Origin: Vitrella brassicaformis CCMP3155
Lineage: Eukaryota > Protista > Chromerida
Assembly (NCBI GenBank): GCA_001179505.1
Contig: CDMY01000908.1
Coordinates: 1 to 64,000 of the forward strand
DNA: 64,000 nucleotides
Reading direction: 5' to 3'
Part shown: positions 49,608-62,800 of the stretch, in pieces
Position numbering within the stretch: the stretch's first letter is position 1
Layout: each line of letters begins with the position of its first letter
The notes under the pieces: model-generated
Told to the model about the DNA's origin: nothing
The model's database searches: none
What the model saw: only the letters and a program-made list of their open reading frames with translations
Translations under genes and position numbers: made by a program

Positions 49608-51199
49608 TGTGTGATAGAATGCTGCCGAGAGGATGGCCGGCGACGTGATCGAGAAGCTCAAGAAACTCATATGCGAGAAGAAACAGGTGCAGACACACAC
49701 ACGCATACGCTGGCTTACCGACACACGCGCCTGTGCAGGATTTGTGGTGGTGGTTCTGGTCGGTGGATGAGAACAAGGAGGGCAAGATAACTGCAAACCT
49801 ATGGAGGTGCTGCACAGCCCACCGATAGATAGATGGACACACACACGCTCAGGTGCTGCCATTGCCCCCCTCCTGGTGCCTTCTGCTGCTCGTGACAGAG
49901 AGGCGTGCAACGACGTGCTGGGCGACAGCCTGCCGTGGGTCTTCCTGCAGAAAGAACTCAATGTACCGCGACCACACACACCAAACCCTCCCCCTCCCCC
50001 TCCCCCACACCACACACAGCCGCACTCACAAGACGACGCAGTGCAGCCGTGAGTGTGTGTGTGTTTTGGTGTCATTGATTGTCAGGTGGTGGATAGTGAT
50101 GGTATGGTCGACTACGAGAGGTTCCTGCGTCGGTTCCGTGTTGAGTTTAAGGGCGACAGACTCAGATCGGAGAAGTGGAAAAGGGACACCGTTCAACAGG
50201 TATGTGCACACGCGTGCACCCCAACCCCCCTCCACTCTCTCACACACACACACACGAGGGAGCCATCCATTCCATGAGTGTCCGTCACGTGTGTGTCATG
50301 TTATGCAGATCTTTGAGGCGATCTTGATGTGTGATTTAAGCCTTCGGGAGACCCTCCTCCTCTTCGACAGAAACTCAGATGGAACCGTAAGTGAAGTAAA
50401 GTAACCCTTCCTTCCACACCTCTCCCCGCACACCACATGCACGCACGCCCGCACCTGTCCGTCGGCCCACGGATATATATCACTCACGACAGGTGTCATT
50501 TCGCGAGTTCCGTGAGTTCATCAGCACCTTTTGCCCGGGCCTGACTGAGCCTCAGGTGATGGCTTTGATGCGCACCATCACCGCTGACCACCTCGCCAAG
50601 GGAGACGCCTCCGGACGGGTGCACGTCGCTGCGTTCCTCGCACGGTAGCTGGTCGATCGATGGGAGGGAGGGTGTGGGGGGCTGTCTGTGTGTCTGTGTG
50701 GGGGCCGAGTCAAGCAGACAGACAGACGAGAAAATGGCTGTGTTGTTATGTGCAGGTTTGAGGTGACCTACAACGCAAGCATAGCCAAGAAGTGAGCAGC
50801 CAACCACCGGCATGTGACACCCCACGCCCAGCAGAGCAGATGGCCCCCTGCTGTTGCCGCTGTTGTCTGTCTGTGTGGTGTGGGTGGGTTTGTTAGGTAC
50901 ACGGAGCCGTGGATAGAGAAGGCGCTCAAGTCGATCGGCCGTCTGATCCGCACCGAGAGCCCCGACGACAGCCTCAAAAGGCTGGGCATCACTGGCAGCC
51001 CAGACATGTCACCTGCCAGCAGCAAAGGGGGAGGGGGACTCCTGGCGCCGCCCAAGGATCCACTCGAGCACATAAGACGCCGGTCCTCCTTGATGCGGGC
51101 CTTCACACTCATGGACAAATTCCAGGTGGGCAGGGAGGGAGGGAGGGGCTGAGGGGCTGGTTGCGACAGGGCTGGGCTGTATCTCTCTCTCTGTCCGTC

Positions 51200-51230
<31 letters not shown>

Positions 51231-52650
51231 CTGTGTGTGCAGCAAAGTGACAAGAAGGGCGAAGGTGGGCACAAGAAGATGCGATCGCATGTGTGTGTGC
51301 GTGTCTGTCTGTATCTGTGTGTCCACACACACATAAGGTTTCCTGTCGTACGATGACTTCATCGTGGCGCTGCGTGGGCTGCCCCTGAAGGATTGCAAAA
51401 AGGACGTCGGCTTCGAGCTCACCGACCAGCACCTCAGAAAGGCACGCCTCATACATCCAGACACACACACACACACACACACACGTGTGAAGAGGCGTAC
51501 AGTGGTGTGTGTGACCTTGTGATGGCCATGCAGCTGGCCGAGGTGATAGATGTGGTGGGCAACGGGCGCATCAACTACCTCGAATTTCTCAGAGCCTTCC
51601 AAGGTCACGTCACACACGCACGCACGAGAAATGATGGGTGGCATGGTGGCCATGGCCTTCATCATGTGCTGTCCGTGTGTGTATGTGTGCCTGCCTGCAG
51701 TGGTGGATCACAGCAAGCAGGCAGCACACCAGGCCGGCGACGAGGTCAGTCGAGTCGAGTCGAGTCGGCGCCACACCACACCAGACACAGATACCAGCCA
51801 GCCAGCACAGAGATCGATGGATCGAGTGCTTTGTGTCTGTCGGTCGGTCAGATCTGGGAGCAGATATGCACCACCATCTTCAAGCACGCGCCGACACTTC
51901 GGTACGGTGCACTCTCTGCACACAGACAGACAGACACACACACACACACATGGCCACAAGACGGCCCTGGCGACCTCTCCGTGTGAACCACTCACTGTGG
52001 ATTGGATCGGTCAGGCGTGCACTGCAGCAGTTTGACCCCGACTACACGGGATATGTCAAGACCAAAGACCTGCAGGCAACCACAGGGAGAGGGCGGAGGG
52101 CAGTGCAGTGGGTGGGAATCAATCGTGAGGGAGGCCTTTCTGTGCGTGTGTGCCTGGTCAGAAAGCGCTCGAGACGCTCAACAACGTCCTCTCACGAACA
52201 GAGTGAGTGACTTAGCTAGCGAGGCAGCCGGCCATGTAGTCAGTCAGTCAATCAATGCGGTCATTGCCTGCCGAATCCCTCTTCGTGCGTGCGTGCCTGC
52301 GTGTGTGTCGTGTCTTCAGGGCCCCCCTGACAGACGAGCAGATCAACCTCCTCGTTGAAACCCTCGAGAAAGACAGCGACGTAAGTAATATCACCACCAT
52401 CACCACCAGCACAGCACCACAGAGCCCCCAATGTGTTGTGTGTATGGTATTGTGGTTTCTGTCTGTGGCATCCATCCAGACGCTGTGCTACGACGTCTTG
52501 CTGGACTCGTTTGTGGTGGTCGATTGCGAGGCCCCCCAACAGCAGCAAGGGGGGCAGTCCCCCACAGCGACGCCCGGGATCTCCGCCAGCAAACACCCAA
52601 AGGTCAACGTGGAACCTGATACAGATGTCGTCATGGCCGACGTGGCGTGA
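46923..52650 (+). CDS. PPEF: PPEF/PP7-family Ser/Thr phosphatase with N-terminal CAP-Gly domain, IQ motif and multiple EF-hands
   Basis: CAP-Gly GEARFGAG|[20 protein letters not shown]|[16 protein letters not shown] and [21 protein letters not shown] motifs [42 protein letters not shown] and [12 protein letters not shown]-hands FDRNSDGT|[25 protein letters not shown]|GFLSYDDF and [14 protein letters not shown]. Stop at 52648-52650. Confidence 0.93.
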
Positions 52651-53120
52651 TGTGATTCCATGCGATGTGTATCTGGTGTCCATGCCATGCCATGCGTGTG
52701 GCATGCGCATTTACTTGTCACTCTCTCTCACTCTCTTCTGGCTGCCTGCCTGCCTGCCTGACGGACTGTGTGGGTGGATGGGTGAGTGAGTGTTTCGAGT
52801 GGCGTTTTGGTGTACAGACAGAGAGTGCCGTGTGTATCACTGGCTACTCCCTCCCTCCCTCCTTGCTGTGCTGCCTTTCTTTGGTGGTTGGGTGCGTGCA
52901 GGTGGCCAAGCCCGTGCGGCCCGCCGCATCCCCAGCCACACAAGCCGCGAGAGGCCGAACATAAACAACCAACCAACTGACTGGCTGATACGATCGACTG
53001 ACTCCACTACCTGCAGGCAGACAGACAGACATACAGATAGTCACTCACGGGCACATACACACACACAACACACTTCTTGTTTGGTCGGTTGGTTGGTTGG
53101 TTGGTTTGACTTTGTGCCCT

Positions 53121-53420
53121 NNNNNNNNNNNNNNNNNNNNNNNNNNNNNNNNNNNNNNNNNNNNNNNNNNNNNNNNNNNNNNNNNNNNNNNNNNNNNNNN
53201 NNNNNNNNNNNNNNNNNNNNNNNNNNNNNNNNNNNNNNNNNNNNNNNNNNNNNNNNNNNNNNNNNNNNNNNNNNNNNNNNNNNNNNNNNNNNNNNNNNNN
53301 NNNNNNNNNNNNNNNNNNNNNNNNNNNNNNNNNNNNNNNNNNNNNNNNNNNNNNNNNNNNNNNNNNNNNNNNNNNNNNNNNNNNNNNNNNNNNNNNNNNN
53401 NNNNNNNNNNNNNNNNNNNN
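53121..53420. other. Assembly gap (300 N)
   Basis: N run just upstream of the CCCH gene; it may hide a 5' exon. Confidence 0.99.
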
Positions 53421-53433
53421 CCCTCCCCCCGGC

Positions 53434-56400
53434 ATGGGTCAGCCCACCACCACCACTCGCCCCGTTTTACAGCCGCTGGACACCAAGGACTGGACGAAGG
53501 GTCTGGTGGCATCGCCGCCGGAGCCCCCCCACCCGATGCTGATGTCTACCCAGATCACCACACCCCAGGGGTACACGTACTCGTCGATGATCCGCGGTGC
53601 GCTGCCGCCGGTGCTGGACAACAGCCAGCTGCAGATCTTCAGAGTGCACCGCTGCTCCAGGCTCAAGATGGGCGGCGGCGTCTGCCACTTCGGCGACAGA
53701 TGCCAGTTCAGCCACGACCCGACTTGGAGGTCAGTCAGCACACTGACTGCTCACCACACACCACACACACGCACAGAGTTGTGTTGTGTGTGTCTGTGTG
53801 GCAGGCGTCGTCCTCCGTTGTTTCCTCGGTGCAACAAGTTGCGCTACGTGAGCCTGCTGTGCCCGAAGGTGCAGATGAAGCAGGGGACCATCCTGCGCAG
53901 CGACTGCGAGGCCGGGGAGGACTGCCTCTTCGCCCACTCGATGGAGGAGATCATGTACCACCCCGAGTTCTACAAGACGCGACTCTGCCCCGACCTATTC
54001 CCCGAGGGAAACCTCTCTGGCAGAACTGAAGCACCCAGAGGATGCGCCAGGTAGGGAAACAAACAAGGAAAGTGTCGATATAGAAAGTGTCGATATATCG
54101 ACACACATGACATCTGATCTGTCCATCCATCCATCCATGCACCTGTGTGTCTGCGTGTGTGGTCCACCGTATGTGATGTGATGTGTAGGTACTACTGTGC
54201 GTTTGCGCACACTCTTCAGGAGCTGCGCGACCGTCCCCAGTACGAGCAGCCTGACGGCTTCGACATGGCCCTCATGATCGACACCATCGTCAAGCGACTC
54301 AACACCGACATGATCACCGGCTCACCTGCCGCACTCCCCAACGCATCACAGGGCCTCCTCGACCACATGCGCCAGCTCTGCGAGGCGGGCACTCCAGGCG
54401 CTGCTGCCATTGGTGGTGCCCGTGGCGTGCCGCCCACTCCGGCCCGCACCGATCACACCAGCCCGGCGGTGAGCAGCCACAGCCCCTCCAGCATGGCACC
54501 CAAGCACATACTCGCGCGGCAGGGGACGGCAGCAGCTGGGGGTGGGGCAGGCATCTCACCCCTCTCACAGCAAGGCGTGGCTGCGGCGCTGCTGGCCGCA
54601 CAGCAGCAGGCTGGTGCCGACGCAGCCGCCGCGGCACCGGCGGCGTACCGGGCGGCCACCATGCCGGTGGGTGCGCATCAGCTGGCCGTGGTGGGGGGCA
54701 ATGGTGAAGAGCACAAGAGCATCTCGAGTGACGAGTACGAGGAGGATGACCTGTTGAAGCTGCTGGGCAAGCAGACCTCCCGCCAGAGGTTCTCCAAGGG
54801 CAGTACCGTGCCCGTCATCCCATCGGCCGCCATGTCCTTCGCCTCCGTCGCATCCAGCACACCTGCACCCACACCCAAGAACGGGGGGCAACCACCACCA
54901 CTGCCGCAGCAACAGCCACAGCAGCTGCTTGTGGCGCAGCTGCCACAGCAACAACAGCAGCAGCAGCCCCACGGGCAGCTGCACGCGCCCCTGTCGGCCC
55001 CGCCGCCCCCACCGGCGGGGCAGATTGTGGGCCCATCCCTGACGCCATACGAGAGGACATCCCCATCCAGCACACACCAGCCGCCGCCGCCGCCCCCGCC
55101 GCCGCCGCCTGGTTCCGAGGAGGGCGGCAAGGAGCTGCAGTCCTTCTGGACGATTGAGGAGGCGTCTCAGCTTCCCGAGAACCTCGAGCCGCTCGAGCCC
55201 GTCGAATCCACAGACGAACACAAGGAGGGAGGGCAGCAACAGGAGGACCAGCAGCAGCAGCAGGAGGGTGAGCTCCCGGACATCGGGCAGATCCGTGAGT
55301 GGCTCATGAGCTACGCCAACAGGAACCCGGCAGTGACGCAGCTGCTGGCCTCGGCTGGCTTGGGGGGCGAGAGGGACATACCCACACCAGCCTACGCTGC
55401 GCCGGCGGTGCCGTCTCCCCGGTCGGTGCCGCATCCCTTCCCGCCCTCGTCTGCTCGGTCTGACCCCGACCCACACTCACCCACCCTGCTCAACGGGGAC
55501 CACACCCGCACCGGCAGCGGCACCGTCACAGGCCAGTCGCTGCCGGCGGCCTCTCAGTCAGTGACGTCCGAGTCGCCCGAGCTGCTGTACAAGAGCCGNN
55601 NNNNNNNNNNNNNNNNNNNNNNNNNNNNNNNNNNNNNNNNNNNNNNNNNNNNNNNNNNNNNNNNNNNNNNNNNNNNNNNNNNNNNNNNNNNNNNNNNNNN
55701 NNNNNNNNNNNNNNNNNNNNNNNNNNNNNNNNNNNNNNNNNNNNNNNNNNNNNNNNNNNNNNNNNNNNNNNNNNNNNNNNNNNNNNNNNNNNNNNNNNNN
55801 NNNNNNNNNNNNNNNNNNNNNNNNNNNNNNNNNNNNNNNNNNNNNNNNNNNNNNNNNNNNNNNNNNNNNNNNNNNNNNNNNNNNNNNNNNNNNNNNNNCT
55901 GGGCAAGCAGACCTCCCGCCAGAGGTTCTCCAAGGGCAGTACCGTGCCCGTCATCCCATCGGCCGCCATGTCCTTCGCCTCCGTCGCATCCAGCACACCT
56001 GCACCCACACCCAAGAACGGGGGGCAACCACCACCACTGCCGCAGCAACAGCCACAGCAGCTGCTTGTGGCGCAGCTGCCACAGCAACAACAGCAGCAGC
56101 AGCCCCACGGGCAGCTGCACGCGCCCCTGTCGGCCCCGCCGCCCCCACCGGCGGGGCAGATTGTGGGCCCATCCCTGACGCCATACGAGAGGACATCCCC
56201 ATCCAGCACACACCAGCCGCCGCCGCCGCCCCCGCCGCCGCCGCCTGGTTCCGAGGAGGGCGGCAAGGAGCTGCAGTCCTTCTGGACGATTGAGGAGGCG
56301 TCTCAGCTTCCCGAGAACCTCGAGCCGCTCGAGCCCGTCGAATCCACAGACGAACACAAGGAGGGAGGGCAGCAACAGGAGGACCAGCAGCAGCAGCAGG

Positions 56401-56825
56401 AGGGTGAGCTCCCGGACATCGGGCAGATCCGTGAGTGGCTCATGAGCTACGCCAACAGGAACCCGGCAGTGACGCAGCTGCTGGCCTCGGCTGGCTTGGG
56501 GGGCGAGAGGGACATACCCACACCAGCCTACGCTGCGCCGGCGGTGCCGTCTCCCCGGTCGGTGCCGCATCCCTTCCCGCCCTCGTCTGCTCGGTCTGAC
56601 CCCGACCCACACTCACCCACCCTGCTCAACGGGGACCACACCCGCACCGGCAGCGGCACCGTCACAGGCCAGTCGCTGCCGGCGGCCTCTCAGTCAGTGA
56701 CGTCCGAGTCGCCCGAGCTGCTGTACAAGAGCCGCCACTACGAGGAGAATGTGCACGGCATACCACCCCTGGGCGAAGAGCGGGAGGACTCGCCATGCGG
56801 CTCCAAGACCTCACACGAGTCATGA
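53434..56825 (+). CDS. Unkempt/TZF-like tandem CCCH zinc-finger RNA-binding protein with Pro/Gln-rich disordered tail
   Basis: FRVHRC..CHFGDRCQFSH, W|RRRPP..LLCP..CEAGEDCLFAHSMEEIMYHPEFYKTRLC..GCAR|YYCAFAHTLQELR. After collapsing the duplicate around the gap the frame runs to TGA at 56823-56825. The start may lie in the upstream gap. Confidence 0.85.
54763..56734. repeat. 836-bp exact direct duplicate flanking a 300-N gap (54763-55598 = 55899-56734); probable scaffolding artefact
   Basis: The sequence after the gap restarts at ctgggcaagcagacctcc and repeats without visible mismatch to ctgtacaagagccg. Gap at 55599-55898. Confidence 0.9.
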
Positions 56826-56829
56826 ACGA

Positions 56830-59800
56830 AGCAGTGAATGAAGGAATGGGGGAGGGAGGGACGGAGGCAGGCAGGCAGGGTTGGAGGAGGGAGGGAGGGA
56901 GGGATAGGGCGGGCAACACATCAAGCAATAAGTAGGGGGGTGACTGACTGACTGACTGGTGGGACTGACTGGTGGTTTCATGTACTTACTGATGGATGGA
57001 TGGATGGATGCCGGCATTAGGGGGGCACGCCCGTCTGACTGTCTCGTTCGACATGGTTTGTTTTCTATTGGGCGGGCTAGTGGGCGGTGGGGCCATCCCA
57101 TCCACGGATAAATGGGTTAGCGAGCCAGCCTAGTGGGAGGGGGGCTGGGCTGGGGTGGGGGAACGGACGGGTGTTGTTTGTATCGATCGCACGCATCCCT
57201 TCATTCACATCTCTTCATACAGACTGTTTCTACTCTGCCTGTGGCTCGACGGACGGCCGGGCGGTGGTCGGGGCGACTGATAGCTAGCTGACTGTATCCT
57301 GTCTGCCTGACATGGTGGGCGAGCTGGCGATAGATACCCCTACCGGCTGCCTTCCTTGATAGCTCTCTTGACCACTCCTCTTCCCCCCCTGTGCGCATCC
57401 ACGCCATCCATTCCATTTCACGTGCGTTCCTCGCCTCCACGTGTCTCTTGCCCGACCCTCGACCACCGACAGGTCGGCGGGCTGGCTGGCGGGCATGCCA
57501 TGCCATTAGCCGTTAGTTGAGGGACTGGCTGGTGTGTGGGTGGATCATTGCTTGAAGTAGGGCGTTTTTGTCGTCCAGCGGTGTGTCCGGTCCACGGGGC
57601 TACCTAACGTTGCTTGCCTTCCTTCCTATCGCCAATTGATCCCACTGTCCGTTCCTTCCTTCCTTGCTTGCTGTGCTTTGATTTGACACACGGCCTCTGA
57701 TCTCCCCCCGACCTCAGCCAGCCAGGGGGCGAGGGAGGCGACCGGGGCGGTGCTGTATGGTGAGTGGTGACCGGTAGATAGATAGTGTTTTTGCAGATGA
57801 GCGGATTGGATTGATGTGATGACACGTGATGTGATTGATGACATGTGGCAGAGAGGCGCGGCAGGGGATTTTCTCGTCCCAGATCTGGGCTGGTTGGTTG
57901 GTTGGTTGGTTGGTTACTGGGTTGGTTGTTTGATTTCCCTGCTGTCTCTTGTTTTGCTGACTGGAGGGCCAGCCCGCCAACCAGCGATAGTGTAGGCCAG
58001 AACGGATCCGCACCACACAATAGCTAGACATGCGTCGCTTGCTGAACGATCAAGGCAATAGATGGTACTCGATGGATGGATGGATGAAAGACAGAGGTGA
58101 CTACTACGGTGTGCTAGCTATCTACCAACAGCAAACAGTCCAGCCTGAGTGAATGAACGGAAAAAACTGTGCACTACTCGCCTGTTGTCCTTGTACGCGT
58201 GGATGTGTGTTATCTATCTATGTGTCACCGCCAATCCCCCCTGAGTGTCGCTGTTCGGTCGGCCACGTCGCCTTGTTGCTGCTGCTGGATGGATGGGCGG
58301 GAATACAACCACGGGGTGGGTGGGTGAGTTAGGGAGGGTTCCGGGCTGGGCTGACTCACTCACTGGCTCACTCACTTACTGCTGACTGACTGACTGACTC
58401 GAGCAAGCCTCGCCTCATCCGTCCGTGCCGTGCGTTGTTGTCATAGATAGATAGATGGTGCCTGCCTTGGTTCGTCACTTGCTACTTGCTCGCCCCCGTA
58501 CTGCGTGTGGTGCTGACTTACCGACTGACTACCTACCGACTGATGTGAAAGTGTGCGTGGCTTTATTCCCACCCGTGCACTGACTGACCTGCCTTCAAAG
58601 GATCGATCACCTGAACCGAATGCTGACTGGCTGACTGACTGACTGATGGTGCATGTGCGTGATGGACACTAACTTGCTCACTTGCTACTTGAACTCACTA
58701 GCTAGCTAGCTTGATCCTGATCGAATTGTGTATTGAATGAAGGCGGCTTTCCCTGCCGGCCGGCCCGCCGCCCGGGTGGTGTGGTGTGGTTGGTGTTCGC
58801 CTTTGGTGTGTCGGCGATGGATGGATGACGGGGCGCAACAATCTTCGCTCGCATTCTTGCCGTCGAAACGCACACACAACCACACGGACAGAGACAGACA
58901 GACAGACAGGAAGGCGATCGCACAATGCTCAAGAGAACGGCGTGCATGCCGCTTCACCGACGCGATCTGTTTGTTTGTTGTTGGAGCTGACTGACTGGTG
59001 CGTACACACATGCATACATACACACATACATATGCATACATACCTGCAAGCATAGATAGGTACACACGTACGTACGTACACACGATCGGTCAAATTCTCA
59101 TCTGTCTATCCACCATCGGTTACTTGCATGCATGCATCGCCACACCCGTCCAGCCACCCATCCACCCACCCACTGCACTCATTCATTCAAGAGAGGAAGG
59201 GAAGGACAAAACAAACCGGGCAGTAAGGAAGCGAGAGAGAGAGAGAGAGAGAGAGAGCAGGAGAGCATCCACTGTCAAGAGTTCTCAGTCCCTCATCCAT
59301 TAGTGGTCATGACAGCCGCCCTGCCTGCCAGTCCTGTGTCTGCCTCTGTGTGCGCGTGTGTTGATGCATGTTGGTGTGGTGTGGTGTGGTGTGGTGTGTT
59401 GCGGCAGGCAGGCACGAGCCCCCCTAGTTTGAAGCGAGTCCATCTCATGTCACGTCATGTGGCTGGCTGGCTGGCCGGCCGGCCGGCTCTCCATCCCTTC
59501 GCCCATACGTAGGTACATGAATACATGCATTGCGTACTTGGGTATGCTATGAATTAGCTCTTTTTTCGCTACGCCGCCTTTGGAGTGAGTCCCATTCCCT
59601 CCATCGGCGGATTTGTCGAGGGCCGCATCCACCACCGATGATGAAGGAACCAACGAATGACACGTGGCCGGCCGTAGTAGTCAGTCAGGGTGCATGGGTG
59701 CATGTGTGAATGCATACAATACATGGGTGTCCATCTGCCTGAGAGTTCAATGGGTGTGGTGAACCTGTGGGTGGGTTTATGGGTGGGAGAGACACGGGGA

Positions 59801-62800
59801 GGGGGCAAGATGGATGGATGGCTGGCTGGCTGTGTCTGCATGTGTCCTTGCTTACCCTCTTTCTGTGTCGCGCTGACTCACCATGTGGTGTCAACTGATG
59901 CTGGGTGGAATGTCTCGCTCGTTCGTTTCTCGTCCGTCTCTCACTTGTTTCGACTGCTGACTGACTGGCTGGTTGGTTGGTTCGTTGGTGTGACGGTTTT
60001 TGCCTTTGTTGCTAGCCTGCTGGATCGAATCGCACGTGAGTGAATGAACGGATGGATGCATGCATGCATGCGCGTCGCGACGATAGGTCAAGAGAGCCGC
60101 CGTGTGCTGTCTGTCTGTCTTTCTGACTGACTGATTGTCTGTCGTGATCAGCTAGTCTAGAGTGTTATCTGTTGAAGGCAGATCGGTGGGTGAGGAACCC
60201 GAGTCAAGTAGTGTGCATCGCATCGATGGATCGCATGGAACCTGCTGAGCCGGCTCGTAGCCAGCCAGCTGTCTGGCGAGCTTTTCAATCAACTAACTGT
60301 GGTGCAGCCACATTTTCAAACGATCAAGTCTCTTATGACTGACTGACTGTAGGACACCCACACACACACACCGACATACCTAGACAGCATCCATTCACCA
60401 TCCATCCATCCATCCTCATCGGCCACTCGCATAAATGCATGCCGTGAGTCTCTGCGCATCCTCTGCGAGTGTCTGTCACTCATTCACTCACTCACTCATT
60501 GGTTCATTTTCTCCTCATCCCTTGGCCTTCGTTTTTCTCTGTCCATCGCTGACTGACTGAGGGAACGTGCATGTATTGAGTGATCGATTGATTCGTTCGT
60601 TCGTTCTGTGTGTCTGTCTGTCTGTCGTCGTTGGTCCTTCCTGGGTCCATTCACATCATCCCATCGCATCGCATGGAATAGCTTTCGTCCGCCGTCCTCA
60701 CTCATGGGGACGGACGGATCGCACTCACTCACTCAGTCGCCCGTCCTCACACATGGGCGTGGCGCAGATCATCTGGAGGGAGGGGAGGGGCGGGGCGGCC
60801 GTGTTGTGAGAGGGTCGATCGAACGATAGCTCTAGGCAGTTGCATACGCTCATGTTCGTGTACATGTGCTGGGATCGGGGGCACGGCAACTACCTGAGTC
60901 TGCCTGGTTGGTTGGTTGGTTGGTTGGTTGGTCTATTGTGTTGTTTTTGGTGGCCACTGGCCGGTCCACTGTCTGTCCACCGCCTCCGCCAGGGATGGAT
61001 GGATGGATGGATGGACGGGCAGATGGATCGGTTCGGCCGATTGACATGCACGCACATGTATACAGACGTACATACGTACACACTCCCTCCATTGCATGCG
61101 GTACGTACTTAGTTGTGTTTGTTTCGTACGTTGTGGTCCATGTACGTACGTACCTGCCCGGCTCCATGGATGTTCGCGTCTTGTGGCCCCCTGACCCATA
61201 AATGCATACCTACATACGTAGACACGCTCCGTGTGCATATGTGTGTGTGTGTCAGCATGGATGTGTGCGGCTCGTCCGTCCCTTCTCCCCTCCCCCTCCC
61301 TCTCTGCCACTTTCTCGTCTAGCTATCCTATCGGCCCTTAAAGGTCATACTAGACACCGCGACGCAGCAGCAGACAGACATAACGGGCGCCACCATGCAG
61401 CCAGTGACACACACCCACACGCACACACACACCAAGCATACCAGCCAGCTAGGCAGCCCATGTTTCTCAATCACCTGCGGCACACATTTTGCCTTCGTGG
61501 CTCATGTTTTGTCTTGTGCGTCTTTTGTCTCGGTTATTTTCCCCGACCCCTGCTGTGTCTGCCCGAGCTGTTGAGTGTTGGGATTTCTAATCGATTGGTC
61601 GCTTTTTTGCCCCACTGTGGGCTGATTGATTCACTCACTCACCTGCGTGCCTGTCATCCATGTGTACGTAATAAGTAAGGTGTGCCTTTACTACCATCCC
61701 ATTCACCCACTGATTTATTCACTCTCTCGGGTGTTTTTCTAATGACACTAAGTCGGTCGCCGTGTGCGTGTACGGTGCGGTCGGGCAACGATGGCATAGA
61801 CACCACTCGACTGCTGCACGGAGTCGAACCCCGCCCCTCTGTATCTCTTATGGCGGGTGGGCGGGGAGGGGTGCCTGGGTGTCGGTCGATCTGTGTGTCT
61901 GTCTGTGTGTCTGTCTGGTTGTCTTTCTGTCGTATTGTTTGCACACGCCATTCACTCGCTCACTTCCTTACTGGTCGGCCGGTCGGTTGTGGTGTGCTGT
62001 AGTGTGTGGGTCGGTGGATGGATGGCTGGCTGATCGACAGACCAACATACCGAGAGTGTCCTGCCTGCTAATGTGTTGCTACAAGGGCCCCCTTCCCCCC
62101 ATGCGTACTAAACTGTCCATACCCTACATGCATACATACATCCGTACGTCCATGTCATGTGTGCGTGCGTGTGCATCGATCAACGTGTCCACTGTCCTGA
62201 CTAGCTCAGCTGACTATGCATCCTATACACACATACATACACAGCGCTGTTTCCTGTCGTCTGTATCCACACCTGTCTGTCCCCAGTCATCCTTCTTTCT
62301 TCCCTTGCCCGCCCTCCCTCACTCCCTCCCCCCTGCGTGCATTCCTGTCTGCCCACATCCCTCCCTCCATGCGTGCGCTGCATACATCACACTCATCAGG
62401 GAAGGTTTGTGGGTGGATAACTAACTTACTCGCTCCCTTGCACGAGGGGCTGCGGAGGTGTGTTGGTCGATTCCTACTGGCGGGGGCTGCGTGGCGGGTG
62501 GTGTGCCTGGCTGCCAATTTTGAGTGCTGCAGACAGATACCAAGACAGCTGGCTGTTCAGATGGCTTCTGCGCGTCGAACGGAGGCAGGAGTGATGCCAC
62601 ACGCGTGCACGCGCCACACCACTGGGAGCTGGGGAAGGGGATGCATTATCGTGCGTTGCATACTTACATACTTACTTGCCCCTGTGTGCGCGTGTGCGGT
62701 GTGTCTGTGGCTGCCTGTGTGTGCGCAGTAATCCTTGGATGGTCTGTCTTTTTCTGCCTTTCTCCTCCGATGTATGTATGTAGGTGCACGTGTATGTGAC

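Noticed and set aside
55899-56734. Real tandem duplication of a CCCH-gene exon
   Set aside because: Apparently perfect identity on both sides of a placeholder gap points to an assembly artefact.
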